NCBI GenBank assembly: GCA_964252035.1
Contig: OZ176211.1
DNA length: 64,000 bases
From: Podarcis erhardii
Lineage: Eukaryota
Strand: one strand, 5' to 3'
Below the pieces are notes generated by a model. That model searched no databases, was not told the DNA's origin, and saw only the letters and a program-made list of their open reading frames with translations. A program made the translations under genes and the position numbers. Of this stretch, positions 13,001-25,888 are shown piece by piece (positions within the stretch are counted from its first letter, which is position 1; each line of letters starts with the position of its first letter).

Positions 13001-13619
13001 TAGTTAACTTCAGTATATTTAAAATTATCCACTCTTGTCACATGGTTCACATTTTTATGAATTGCTGAATTTTCTCTGTTGAATGTTAATTTGTTCTGGG
13101 ATGATGTTTACCAAATGGGGTACCTCTGCTGGATGACCTTGTGGACTTGATGTACAAGTGATTAAAAAATGTTGCTGCTGAACTTTTTTTTACATGACTA
13201 GCATGTCCAAGGATGAGGGTGTTTTCCATCACAACGGTTATTTTTATTTTACTGCATATTTGCTTCGTCTTGATTCTGACATAAAATGTTTTATTTGCAA
13301 TCCTTCATTAATTTACAATAATAATACATCCTTTGTAAAATACAAATATCATTACAATTAAATTGCATTCATTCTCCCAGCAACTATTCAAAGTAAGTGA
13401 ATAGTTTAAAGTAAGTGAATTCAAAGGATATTATTTTTACCGATGAGGATTTAAGTTTGAAATATTTTATTTGCAGACCCCTGTGGTTTTCTAATAGCTG
13501 GTGAGGGATTTAAATTCAGGCCAACCTTCTGCCTTCAGGACCAAACCGGCCTCAATGTGAATAAAAATCAATATATCAGAAGTCACAAATATCTAGCAAA
13601 CATTAGGGAAATATTAACG

Positions 13620-13870
13620 ATGGCTTTGATCCAGAGAAGTGCTTAGTTTCACTTGCACAACAGGGCTTTGCCTTCTCCTTCTTTCTGGTGCAGTGCCTTA
13701 ATGCCCGCCTGCTCTGTACCCCCTGGCTGCTCATGAGGGACCTGAGACCCCTCAAAGCACTGTGGGATGTGATGTGAAGGGCCACTGGAGTGGGGAGTTA
13801 GCTGAAATTGAGGACCACCCTTTGCACAAGCGGAAATGCCTTCTGCTCATGCATGGGGTTCTCTGGATCT
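13620..13870. mobile_element. Unclassified MITE-like repeat with GATCCAG-type inverted ends
   Basis: Inverted 11-mer gatccagagaa / ttctctggatc. Internal motifs cttgcacaa and gcacaagcggaaatgc recur near 20470-20612 and 42955-43144. Confidence 0.5.
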
Positions 13871-13948
13871 TACCCCATGTAAACATTGAGATGATTCAGT
13901 AAAGTATATGCATTATCTCAAATGAAACTTTTTTCCTGCATTTCCAAG

Positions 13949-14080
13949 TTGTGGGATTTGCAAGAAGAACCATGATCAACACCTCCTTTTGCTGTGTGAT
14001 ACTTGTAAACTCCATTATCATCTTGGATGTCTGGACCCTCCACTTTCAAGGATGCCAAGGAAGACTAAAAACAGTTACTG
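13949..14080 (+). CDS. PHF14: PHF14 internal coding exon (132 nt; PHD3)
   Basis: Acceptor tttccaAG, donor GTaaga. Reads (S)CGICKKNHDQHLLLLCDTCKLHYHLGCLDPPLSRMPRKTKNSY+tg, a Cys4-His-Cys PHD pattern. Confidence 0.97.
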
Positions 14081-14424
14081 GTAAGAATATTGTAAATGCA
14101 TTGTACTACAAATATGAGGGCCTCAGTCTATTAGGGGTTTTTCTATTCCCAAGGTTTTTGTTCTGTGTCTTTATCAGCAAGGATTTTTTTTTAAATGAAA
14201 GTTTGAGTTCTATATTGATTGTTGACTACAGACAATTTGCAAAACAAATATCCACCCTTTCATCACTTATTTGTACCTTGGGTTTATTTTGTTTCCTTTA
14301 AAAAAAAACACAAAAAAACTTCCTGTGGACTAATGAAGGAGTCAAGACCCCTTTTCAACCCAAGGGCCTCATTCCTGCATAGGCAACTTTCCAGAGGCCA
14401 CATGCCAGAGGCAAACATGGACAG

Positions 14425-14545
14425 AGCAACCATTGTGAATTGTACTCTTGTATGTAGAACCGTAAAGCTGGAAGGTCCAACCCCCTGCAATGCAGGATTC
14501 TTTTGCCCAGCATGGGGCTTGAACCCACAACCCTGGGACTAATCG
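14425..14545 (-). mobile_element. tRNA-derived SINE with CR1 tail (same family as 3898-4034); approximate ends
   Basis: ggtccaaccccctgcaatgcagg…ggggcttgaacccacaacc is the reverse complement of the B-box head plus CR1-like tail. Confidence 0.55.
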
Positions 14546-16339
14546 TCTGTAGAGTAGGCTAGTTTTTCTTTTCCCTGGTCAGGATAGTAAGGTGCATCAT
14601 TGGAGTTCAAGGGTTCATTGCGGCTAGATAGGAACACTAAAGCAGGACTGGCAAGTGGGGCATGGCTGTGGAGGGTGTGTTACCCGGGGAAGCGCCAAAA
14701 GCCAAACAAGATGCCAAACAGCCACATTTGTCTCTTGGGTCTGAGCTTTCACATCAAGAAAGGGAATTTTCCACTGTTGTTTTACTTTAACACTGTTAGG
14801 GGAAATTGTACTAACCCTAAATATAGGTAATGCTATCTAAGATTCTTGTTTTATCTAGAGTCTGAAATGAGCATTACATTGTGGTTTGAATCCCTGGCTA
14901 TATGAGACCTCTGGTTAGTGTTAATGTCATCAGTTATTTTATTGCTAATTAAGGTGAGAGAAGGAATTCAGTCCTCAGAAAGGCTGTGCACGTTCCCACA
15001 ATTTGTTTCTAATGCTGTAATTGTGTGATACCAATGTTGTGTCTACACTTTTCCCGGGATTTTTGCAGAATTTTAAAGATGATTGGATCATCCACATTAT
15101 TTCATACACTATTTAATCTATATTATAGTGATTCAAACAGCATTCTCCCTTATTTCCATTAGGTGTTTTCCATTTGGTAATTCTGAATTGACCAGAAGCA
15201 TATTGCAAAATGTTGCTGTAAGTCTCAAACTCAAGACTTGGTTTAGCAATCATTTTGTGAATTCCATGTAACTAGAAACTGGTGAAGAAAGATGTACAGA
15301 TGCCAAAAATGAGTTGGTAATAGTAACCAAACATTAACAGTTCAGTTTGCTCATATGAACTGGTATGAGTACTAGGACAAAATTCAATTACAGCAGTATT
15401 TCAAGCCTCTATATAGGTTATATGTCTTGAGAGTTTTTTGAATTTCAACAATACTAACACTTGGGAAAGTTAGTAGTCATATTCTTGTACTATTCAGGTC
15501 TTGGGTTTTGTTCTGGTTTTTTCATATTGTAACATGAGCAAGAAATAGGTTGAGGCTATGTGAAGGTAAGTAGCTCAGTTTTCACTGGCTTCCATTACAA
15601 TGTACGGAACAAAATAAAGGAGTGGCAGTCTTTTGACACTGCTACAGGACATCAGTTGCTTACATAGAGTGGACTGAGTGTTGCAGCACTTGAGAACACC
15701 TGATGTGGGCAATATCTTCTTTCCACTTCTGACAGTGGATGTCATCTTTCTTGCACAGGGTTGCAGTATGTAGTTCTGCAGTAAACACACCTCCTTGCTT
15801 TACATGGTCCTACTGTAATCAAGACTATTTAGTTCCACAAACCATTTATATTTATGTTTAAACATAAATCATAGAATTGTGGAGTTGGAAGGGACCCCCT
15901 ATTTGGCTTGTGCAGGAGGACTTCTATTTCCTCTTCTTTCCTTTCCTTTCCTCTCCCCCCACCCTTGGTACACCCCCCAGAAATTTGCTCTCTCTGGAAC
16001 TAATTTAGAGGGAGTGGAGCAGGTTGGATGGCATGAGAGAGAAAGACTAAATTCCATTCTCCTTATGGGCATCTGGTGCCAGCAGAGGTGCAGTGTTGGA
16101 TGTGATCCCTATTTCTCAATCAGTGCACCCTCTGTCATTGCCCTTGAAGATGACTTGGAAATTTCAACTTGTCCAAAGTGCACCTGTTTGTGTTTCCCTT
16201 TAGAACCCATATAACTTTGCTTTAAAATAATACTGCCTTGATTGTGCATTTGTTTCTGGGCCAAATTCAATAGGCTCATGTAGTCCTAAATAACTAAGGC
16301 CCCAAATATTAGAAGGATGTTATCCTTCCCTCTCTTACA

Positions 16340-16550
16340 GACCCCCTCTGGTTTTATGATCAGCAGAGGGGGCCCTCTTGATAGTTCCACCATCCTCAAG
16401 AGTTCAGGAGGTGGTGACCTGGGAGAGGGCATTCTGTGTAGCAGCTCCTAGGTTGTGCATTTCCCTTCCCACAGAGATACATCTGGCACCTTCGTTATAC
16501 AGCTTTCATCTTAAACTGAAGGCACATCTGTTTGCCCTAGTCTTTGACAC
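16340..16550 (+). mobile_element. L2 LINE 3' ORF2 fragment
   Basis: Track ORF 16378..16608 contains TWERAFCVAAPRLCISLPTEIHLAPSLYSFHLKLKAHLF, a decayed L2 C-terminal motif (RAFSVAAPRLWNSLP…LKTHLF). Confidence 0.8.
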
Positions 16551-17556
16551 TTGGGATATATGCTTTTGGAACCCACCCTGTTCTTTTGACTGTGAAACCA
16601 TCAAGTAAAATATGTACTTTTCGGGTTAGGTCTATATATTCTGAATGAGATTAAGCTGATTAACTATCCTGAGATTCTTCACATTTATTATTTTAGTGTG
16701 CAATTGTAAATAACCTTAACTGGGAACAAGTCCTGAGTAATAGTTTGTATTAAATTATGTTTTGGACCATATATTTATCAGAGAAGACCTTGAAAACGTA
16801 ACTGCATAAAATACTTGTCTTTCCCTGGTTACACACACCCTTCCTCATTGTATGGTGTACCTTCTTTTATTCTCTGAATACTCTTCTTCTTTTGAGATTA
16901 GAAATGAGAGGAGAAGGGTCCCCCCCAAAGATAACTTTAATTTAGGGATAGCTCCCTTAACTTCATTGCTTTCTAAGTGCCCGGACTTTTCTTAAATTTT
17001 CTAGTTGTCCCATTTACAAATTCACTGTCACTGCATTACATCTAAGCAAGGATGACTTCCAGTACCCAGATTATTTTGCTTTTGCTTATCATATTGAAAA
17101 GGTTCATTTGGATCAAGAGGACATAAAGCTATCAGATCAAGAGGACATAAACTGAACGTATCAGTGGTAATAGGTCAGGGGGAGGTAGCAAGACTTTTCT
17201 TTCAAAAAGCAGGCATGTGTTTGCTATGAATTTCATGCTTCAGCTAGACTTCTGATCACAAACTTGTCTTTCCTTTTTAATTTAGCTAGGGTATATTCAG
17301 TGAGATAGGATTCTAAAAGAGAAACGGAGCCTTTTCATCTTTAGATATGTCTTTGTAAATTCTCTTCAAGATCAGTAGAAAGAATGTATAACTATATGTG
17401 TTAAGTTCAACAGAACATTGTCCCTGCTGTTTGTAGTGCACCTAGTGTTTCTAATGTTACTCCCATTAACTCCTGGAACATCAGCTTTGTTCATTATATC
17501 TAGTATGTATGTAGTACCATTATTTTTTAATTTAGTTTTTAATTTTTTTTTTACTA

Positions 17557-17879
17557 CAGTGGTGCCTCGCAAGACGAAATTAATCCGTTCCGTGAGGCTC
17601 TTCGTATAGCGGTTTTTTCGTCTTGCGAAGCAAGCCCATTGACAGCTTAGCGGATTAGCGCTATTAGCGGTTTAGCGGCTTTTAGCGGATCAGCTGATAA
17701 GCGGCTTAGGGCTTAGGAAAAGGGGGGGGGGAAACCCCCGCAGGAACTCGCAAGACATTTTCGTCTTGCGAAGCAAGCCCATAGGGAAATTCGTTTTGCG
17801 AAGCGCCTCCAAAACGGAAAACCCTTTTGTCTAGCGGGTTTTCCGTCTTGCGAGGCGTTCGTCTTGCGGGGCGCCACTG
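17557..17879. mobile_element. Tc1/mariner (Tigger/pogo-like) MITE, probably young
   Basis: TIRs cagtggtgcctcgcaagacgaa / ttcgtcttgcggggcgccactg, TA target duplication on both sides (17555-56, 17880-81), CpG-rich. Confidence 0.9.
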
Positions 17880-19497
17880 TATTGATAGAATATGGGTTGG
17901 TGATAGTGGTTGTTGGTGGCAGTTTGCAAACTGACACATTTCCTAATTGGATTTCTGGGCTGGGAGGCCAGTAAGCTTCTATGTCATTGCCCTAGCATGG
18001 TACATAGCTTTGTATTGTAACAGCTTTGTATTGAGGAAGAATGAAAATGCTGAAATTTATAGCTGAATGTAATATGTTTAGGAAGCTCTATAAATCGTAG
18101 GATTTGTCGTCACATGTAAAAGGATTCAATGGTTTGTGTTCTCCCTTTCCTTGTTCACAGCTTCTTCTTTATTTTATTCATTTCATGCTTGCATTATGTA
18201 GCTGTAACAATCCTTGGAAACGTGGGTTTTAATATACATTTTTTTTTAAGTCAATTTAGGAAGATGGACTTCTTTTCACAGGTTCCATAGACAGCATAAC
18301 TTTTCCAGGTCTCATGAATGAAAGCATGAGAAAAAGGAATTGTGTATTACATATGTGTGCATGAGAAGGCACCAGCAATGCAAGTCAAATGCTCTGTTAG
18401 CAATGGAAACTATATAAGTGGATAATACAAGAGAGCAATTCTGAGTGCAGACACAGTCGAATCAGGCCATTTTCCACTGTATTCTGTCTTTGTCATTTTA
18501 AAGAGGCCATTAGGAAATAGGTTCTTTATGCCACAGGTTAATACCAGCATAGGCCTTAATTTACTTTGTGGCAGAGAGGGCCTCAGGTTTTGCTTTTATG
18601 TTAAACTTTGATTTCCAGTTACCCCAATTCTAAATATGTTTACTCAGAATGAATATGCACTGAATCCAGTGGGGCCTACTCTCTAGGGGAAGCTTTAGGA
18701 TTGCAAACTGAAGGGGTTTGTAGCAGATTAATAGTGTTTCCTAGCCCCTACAAAAAAACAAAAAAGGGTGTGATAGTTAAGAATTTCTGCTTTATTCACC
18801 CGTAGAGTAAAATGTGGACTCTAGTTGATAGGCATTATTGCCATATGCTTGTAGTCTAAATGTTTTCCATCAGTGCAATTGTTCAGAAACAATAATTGAT
18901 TAACATTTGCAAATCACAGCTAGAATGCTTAAAATATTCGTTCTAAGAGCATATTTGTCTGAATTAATTTTCTTAAGTATTCTAGGAGAATTTTATGTGT
19001 GACTAAAGTGTTGCTGATAGGGACTGCCCCCAAACTTCTTTGCAGCAAGTTCTGGATTTATGCTAAAGGGTATCTCATCATTAGTCCGTTTGCATAGGAT
19101 TGCTTATTTGAAGTAATTAATTGATTCCCCGCTCTGCGAAGCAGTTCTGTGTCCAATGAATGTTGGCTACTGGATCCTTTAATGGTGGAAGATGGAGAAG
19201 AGCACAGGACAGAGTTAAGCTATTTCCCCCCAAACAGCCCTCTTCTCCCCTCACCCCAAACGCTCCTGTGCAAGCTGTTTTTAAGTGTAAGTAGTAGCTT
19301 TTGGTATCATGGGATGTACCATTCAGAGAAGAAAGCAAAAGTCTTGTTGCATGTATAAGTCTTTCTCTTTGAGGCTCTTTTACACTGTAAGAATTACCCT
19401 TTTCTGTCTTTGGCTCTTGCTTTTCAGCCTGCATGCTCTTATTTTGCTTTAGCAGCTGCTGTCTTGAGTTTGATTTTTTTTTTTTTTGTCCTCCCAG

Positions 19498-19666
19498 GCA
19501 GTGTTCAGAGTGCGACCAAGCAGGTAGCAGTGACATGGAAGCCGACATTGCCATGGAAACTTTACCAGATGGAACTAAGCGATCAAGGAGACAGATTAAG
19601 GAGCCAGTGAAATTTGTTCCACAGGATGTACCCCCAGAACCAAAGAAGATTCCTGTCAGAAACACG
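19498..19666 (+). CDS. PHF14: PHF14 internal coding exon (169 nt; end of PHD3 plus linker)
   Basis: Poly-T tract with ctcccAG, donor GTaaat. Reads (W)QCSECDQAGSSDMEADIAMETLPDGTKRSRRQIKEPVKFVPQDVPPEPKKIPVRNT. Confidence 0.97.
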
Positions 19667-20161
19667 GTAAATGACAGCTCGGTCAGAGCGGCACAAATCT
19701 GTCTCCTGTTTTTTAATTTGCTTTTTTTTTTAACTGCCAAGAACCTCTATGTGAAAGATGAATGTAATTTATTATGTTCTAGCTTTTTTCCCAAAGACAT
19801 GTGAAACATGTTAGACATCAGATACTTGCTTCAGCTATGAAACATAAAATACCCTGAAGATTTTATTTTTAGGTTTATTTTATATATCTTTGACTATTAA
19901 AGTTTGCGGAGGGTGGCAGCAAATAAGCATATTTAAAAACATTAAAACTCACAAAGTGGTTCCTTATGAATTTCTAGTGGTAAGGAATAAATGCCCTTAT
20001 TTTCATGTTGCATGTCCAGACTTTCGTTCTGCACATTCTGATAAATATTAACTCAACACCACTTTCATACATGGGTCACTGCTCTGTGTTCTGAGATGGT
20101 CATATGTCAAAAGTAGGCCATGCAAATGTCTATACATATGAATATGCGTGCTCAAAATTTA

Positions 20162-20403
20162 CAGTGGTACCTCTGGTTATGAACTTAATTTGTTCCAGAG
20201 GTCCATTCTTAAGCTGAAACTGTTCTTATCCTGAGGCGCGCTTTCACTAATGGGGCCTCCCGCTGCACGCGTGCCTCTGACGCGCAATTTCCTTTCCCAT
20301 CCTGGGGCAAAGTTCGCAACCAGGAGCAGCTACTTCCTGGTTAGTGGAGCTCATAACCTGAAGTATGCGTAACCAGAAGCATTCATAACCAGAGGTACCA
20401 CTG
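20162..20403 (+). mobile_element. Tigger/pogo-like MITE (family copy 1; strand is relative orientation)
   Basis: Perfect 22-bp TIRs cagtggtacctctggttatgaa / ttcataaccagaggtaccactg, TA flanks. Confidence 0.9.
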
Positions 20404-21295
20404 TATTCTGCCACACCTATGAATGTGGAGGAATTGCAAGACACTTTCTTCTTGACGAAATGCTTCTGGGTGGGATCCAGTGCCATACCTAGTGGACACA
20501 ATGGGATTCCCCTTCCTTTGTCCACTGGCCCTCTGAAAAATACTTTGGGGCTGCTTGGGAGGCGGCGAAGTTCCGCTTGCACAAACAGGACACCACAGTT
20601 GGATATCTCCCTCTGTGCTTACATTTACATGGCTGGGTAAGTCATGCCTGTGCTTCTTTGAAGAAGCAAATTATTTCAGAGTAGTGGGTGGATGCATTTT
20701 CAATAGAATGGGTTTGGGTGGCTGTTTGTTCCTACCCCCTCCCAAACGCTGACATGCTTGCCTGGGACATAGAACGTTGGGAGGGTTTGCTTCCCTCTCT
20801 AACAGCAAAACAAAGTTACTTGATGCTTTTGCAAACTTTGTTCTGATCCTCTCAGGCAAAGGTGTATGAGAGAATTTTTATATTTATCCAGTAAATTTGT
20901 CTTGTGGCAAACATGTTATGTATGCTGTAACTAATCTATTTTTAATGAGGTCTTACCGCAGCAGCCTGTCAAAGTTAGACAATAAACTTTAGTCACTTAA
21001 ATCCCTCATTCTGGGATGCTTGTGTGGTTTGCTTGCCTTGACAAGATTAACCTTCTCTGTGTAGACTGTGGCCTGCTGTGGGTGATTAAGTGCTATTTTA
21101 TAGAAAACGTTCTCCGTCTAGTACTGTTTATATTGCCTTTATTAATGCATGACAGCATTCTGTGTTTCCATTTAAGAAGAGGGAGTACTGTTCTGGATAA
21201 AAAAAAAAGCAATTTGTGTTCTACCTCTTTAAAAAACAAAACAAAGAGCAAGCCCTCATGATTAAGGAGTGCATTTTGTCAAAACAATATTATTA

Positions 21296-21296
<1 letters not shown>

Positions 21297-21346
<50 letters not shown>
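21297..21346. repeat. Compound (TG)n(AG)n microsatellite
   Basis: About 15 TG units directly followed by about 10 AG units. Confidence 0.97.
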
Positions 21347-21348
<2 letters not shown>

Positions 21349-23981
21349 ATATATGTAGATAATTGCAAAAACACTTGCCATTTGTTCTTGCCCTAGCCAG
21401 ATGAGTTAGATGAATTTAAGTAGCAAAATGCCAACTCCAGACATTGAAGTATGAACAAACTTTTCACTACAGCATATTTGTTGAAATTTCAAAAATCTGT
21501 GCTTCCTTTGCTTACGTGGTATGACAACTGCCAATCTTGCCTGTACTTGAATATCTCTTCTATTTATTCCATCATATTGCAATTAATTACACAAACTGCA
21601 TTTCAGTCAATTCCTCATCCCATAGTTATTTTTTGTTTCATTTGTATCATTTATTTTATTATTGCTACTTAATTTTAAGTTTGAGGTAGAAACTTTTGGT
21701 TGTAGTCAATAACAGGTTCATTAATTTTGATGTGTTTACATTGAACGTACAGTGTACATTAGGCATGTACATTGTTTTCAATGAGTCTGCTCAGAGTAGG
21801 AGCAACATTGACCTCTCTAATCTTACCAGTTGTAACATTCTTTGTTAGCACTGCCTTGCCCAGCCCATAGTTATCTATTTTTTTCTTCCCAAAATGGAAA
21901 TAAAGTTCCAAAATTTTGATTGGTCCTGATATTGGTAAGCTGCTCAAGAACTGTTCAAGTGTGCCACCTACTGTCTATCTTTTTGATCCTCTTTGACCTG
22001 ACATTTCTGCTCTTTATCATTGAATATCCTCCTTTTCATTCATAAATCAAATTTTAAAAACAATTTTTATGTTTTCTTCGCTTTTATTTCACACTTAAAA
22101 CAATAAAATCACCAGATAATAAATAAATATAATAGTGAAGAAAGAGCAGAATGAAAGCAGCAGTTAAAACAATTATTTCACAGATATAAATAAGTGTCTG
22201 GGAAAATCAAAAAGTCATTGTGCGGTGCCAAAAGGACATCAAGAGTCTGCACTAGGTTGAGTCTCTTAGAGAGAACCTTCATAAACAGGGATCACAGTCA
22301 AGAAATCCCTCCATGTAAACTCAGGTTTGCATTTCTTACTCCCACTTTAAAATTATCCTTTTAGAAACAGTCTTGGTTATAACTGGGGAACAAGTCATCA
22401 GTAACATGCTACAAGACATAGTAATATATCTTTAGGATGTCAACCCAAGGGCAGTGGTAGATGAAAACCCTTCCACAGATGGTCAAAGTTTTCATGATGC
22501 AAGTCTGAATTAATTACATTTGATTTTAATTAAAGAAATATAAAACTACCAGGTGCTAAAACTATGACCCTAAAGCTAAAATCTGAATTGGGGCGGGGTG
22601 GCGGGTGGCAGATCAGGCTGATGAGCTTTAGCAGGTGTGAATATTTTCAGTATTTTTAGGCTGTAAAAAAAGCTGATTTTACAGCTTGCATTGCATCTTC
22701 TCGTAGCTGACTAGCAGAGTTATTTTAGATGGACCTTCGGTTACTGATTCCCACTGGGGAAGGGATTGCTGGAACACACAAAGATCTTTTGTGACCAACT
22801 GGCTACTCACTTTGAAGATAAATTCGCTCAACTTCAGAGTGATGTTGACCCTGCACTTCTTACAACTCTAGTTGAAGTACCCAATGCCATTATTGAGGAT
22901 GAGTTGTAGGATCAGTTTCAGCTTATGCAATCATATGATGTAGGCAAGGTGTTGGAGGCAGTATGTCCAACTCCCAACTATCCTTCACTTTTGCATTCTA
23001 AAACATGAATGTCTTCCACTTTTCTATTCATTAAATTTCTAGCTCACCATGTAAATGCTAAAGTGGCTAAAAAGTCGATGAAACACAGCCAATAAAACAG
23101 TAAAAGGGGGGAATTCAAATTTCACCATCATATTTAAAACAGCTTTAAAATGTGATTAAAGTTTAGCTAGCCATTCAAAGACCAAGCTTTAAATAAATAC
23201 TTTTCACTGCATTGTAATTTTGCCAGATTGATAACTGACATGATTTCTTGGCGAGGGGATTTCTTAAAATAATAAAGAAAACTCCCACTATCTTCCCAAG
23301 GAAAGGAAACCCTAACAGCATCTTTCTCAACAGTGGATAGGCTTTGGAGCTGTCTGAAACCAATTACCTAATTTCCTTACATATATTGGGGTTAACAGCT
23401 TGTCTCTGGCTGATTTTAGGCTTGACCAACCATTTAAAAAATGCACACCATTTTAACAGCAGAAAGACTGTTTTATAGAGCTGATCTATGTTAGAAGGTT
23501 TACATTATAAGCAATGTTCAGTTGTCCATAATGACTTTCCAAAAAGAAGCAAAAGAGCGCTCTCTCTAATTGGCAGAAATACTGCCAGTTTGACAGACAC
23601 AGAGAGTTGTGCTTGTCTGTTTGCTAATAGGACCATTAAGTTGCCACCAACCCCTCTGTACTTGCATTGTATGGTCCTTGGAGGCTGCTCCTTGATCTGC
23701 TAAAACACTATGGATCAATGTGAAATGGTATGAGAAATGGAAGAATTAGTTTTGAAGAAATCTATACAGCATTGTAAACCAGTGCTTTTTCAATGAAGAA
23801 ACAATGGGCAGCACCCACTGATATGTGGTTTTCTAAGGTTGGGCCAGGGCACTCATTGCTCACCTGTGGCTCCTAGAAGCTGTCCTCATGCAACAGTGGC
23901 CAAACCCTTGGAACACCTTTGACTGGGCAGCTAAACCAAGTGAAGTTTCTCAAACCCTTAGTGAGGTAGGGACTTCCACTA

Positions 23982-24207
23982 CAGTGATACCTCAGGTTAC
24001 ATACGCTTCAGGTTACAGACTCCGCTAACCCAGAAATATTACCTCGGGTTAAGAACTTTGCTTCAGGATGAGAACAGAAATTGTGCACCGGCAGTGCAGC
24101 GGTGGCAGGAGGCCCCATTAGCTAAAGCGGTGCTTCAGGTTAAGAACAGTTTCAGGTTAAGAACAGACCTCCAGAACGAATTAAGTTCTTAACCTGAGGT
24201 ACCACTG
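23982..24207 (-). mobile_element. Tigger/pogo-like MITE (family copy 2, inverted)
   Basis: cagtgatacctcaggtt…aacctgaggtaccactg with TA flanks. Near reverse complement of 28319-28535. Confidence 0.9.
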
Positions 24208-24279
24208 TACATGCGAAGACAGACTCTGGTAGATTGAGCGGATAAGACCAATTGTGAATCCAACAGTCAAGAAAGCAGC

Positions 24280-24545
24280 TTCTGTACGTACCGTAGAGGG
24301 AAGTGAGGGGCAGATGGGGCTCGTCAACCTGGGAAGGTCGCCCATCTAGGAGAAGGAAAACATCCTAAACCCCTGCTGCCTTGTGGGGCATCTTTGGGGG
24401 AAGAAAAGGCTATACAAATCCAGAGTGGAGTTCCTAAGATGGTTGGGTGGTGCCTTGTATGCCTTCTTCTGGCAACTCCTACAGCCCAGCTGTGGCCAAA
24501 CACACTTCTCTGCTGTCCTTTGAACCACATCAGTGAGACTGAGAG
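24280..24545 (+). mobile_element. Unclassified interspersed repeat, possibly RTE-LINE 5'-UTR-like
   Basis: gagggaagtgaggggcagatggggctcgtcaacctgggaagg…cccatctaggagaaggaaaa motif recalled as a multicopy lizard repeat; class uncertain. Confidence 0.35.
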
Positions 24546-24559
24546 TTTGCTTGTTCTAG

Positions 24560-25360
24560 ATGGGGTTCTACTCCCTCTGAAGGCACAAGTATACATCTTA
24601 GGAGTGATCTTGGAACCATCTTTGTCCACGGAGACCCAAGTGGCCTCTGGTGAAGAATGCCTCTCACCAGCTTGGGCTGATGTGTCAGCTGCATCCTTTA
24701 CTAGACAGGTATAATCTGGCCACTGTGATATATACTTTGGACTATTGTAATGCACTTTACATGAGTCTTTCCTTGCAGCTGACCTGGAGGCTGCAACTAT
24801 GTCCAAATGGTGAGTGGTGCTCTTTATTGGGGACATATCACACCAGTGCTGAGGGAATTGCGCTGGCTGCCTATTTTAAAACTGAGCCAGTTTTAAGGTT
24901 CTGCTACTTACATAGAAAGACCTAAATAACTGCACACCAAATTACCTGAAAAACCATGTTTTCCTCCATTGCTTACTGATGGCATTAAGATCAGTAAATA
25001 GAATTCTGTTTTGCTAGGGCCCTGCTGATTACAGGCTTTTGGATGGATTTTTTCCACTGGTGAAACCAGTTTTGTGGAATATCCTCCCTTCTGAAATTCC
25101 ATCAATATTGGCGTTCTGTCGGCTCTTGAAAACACACCTCTTTAGGCAAGCATTCTCCTAAATTTGACCTTCTGATCTCATTGTTTAAATTGTTTTTTAA
25201 TTGTTTTAATTTAACCGACTTGTTTTATTACAGGTTTTAATTAAGAATGTTTTAATGCTTTGATTGAACTGTTTTATTGTGTATTTTAATTATGTATGGA
25301 TTTTATAATTGTTTTTATAGTTGTAAACCACTTAGAAGCCATTTGGACATGTAAACAATC
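24560..25360 (+). mobile_element. L2 LINE 3' fragment (RT C-terminus and tail), degenerate
   Basis: ORF 24650..24925 has LATVIYTLDYCNALYMSLSLQLTWRLQL (L2 LDYCNALY…LQLVQN motif). Later ttgaaaacacacctctttaggcaagcatt (LKTHLFRQAF), then a T-rich tail. Confidence 0.8.
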
Positions 25361-25374
25361 ATCATCATAATTTG

Positions 25375-25515
25375 TCTTGCTTAGTCCTCTCTACTGTGAC
25401 TGGTGGCAACTCTCCAGAGTTCCCAATAGAGGTATTTGCTTCACCTGCTACCCTGATTATTGTAACTAGTATGCCAGAGATAGACCCTGGAACCTTCTAC
25501 ATGTAAAGCACTTCT
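25375..25515 (-). mobile_element. tRNA-derived MIR-like squamate SINE (Squam3-like), degenerate
   Basis: Reverse complement: gctttacatgtagaaggttccagggtctatctctggcat…ctctggagagttgccaccagtc. Confidence 0.6.
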
Positions 25516-25539
25516 GTATTCATTCATAAGTCTGTTCTT

Positions 25540-25600
25540 AGAATCATAGAATTGTAGAGTTGGAAAGGACCCTGAGGATTATCTAGTCCAAGCCCCTGGA
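25540..25600 (-). mobile_element. CR1-type 3' tail fragment
   Basis: tagaatcatagaattgtagagttggaaaggaccctgaggattatctagtccaa is the reverse complement of the CR1 terminus (ttctatgattcta). Confidence 0.7.
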
Positions 25601-25888
25601 ATCTTCTGCTCTGTTTATGCATAAATCTGCAAATGGTGTCTTTTAAAAAACTGATTAAAAATCATAATCTTGCCCAATGTGTTTTACCCTAAAATACGCA
25701 TTTTGACATATTTTTAGAACTGAGGAGTATGTCTCAAAATTTGGAACAGTGTGAAAATCAAAATTTAAATAAGTTATAGTCCAGGAGATGTGAAGCAGGT
25801 CTGTTTACTTTAAAAAATATGGACCAAACAAAATTCTCAAGCATCCCTGGGAGAAATTCTAGTGTGTGAAATTATTTGAAATATACAT

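Noticed and set aside
17647-17716. Interstitial telomere or CRISPR-like array
   Set aside because: The units are degenerate 7-8-mers inside a MITE, not (TTAGGG)n tracts or repeat-spacer arrays; the host is eukaryotic.
19117-19740. 207-aa minus-strand ORF, the longest in the track
   Set aside because: It is antisense to the real exon 19498-19666 and a poly-T tract, low complexity, with no recognisable domain.
24324-24836. 170-aa minus-strand ORF
   Set aside because: It is antisense to decayed L2 and repeat sequence; no protein family signal.
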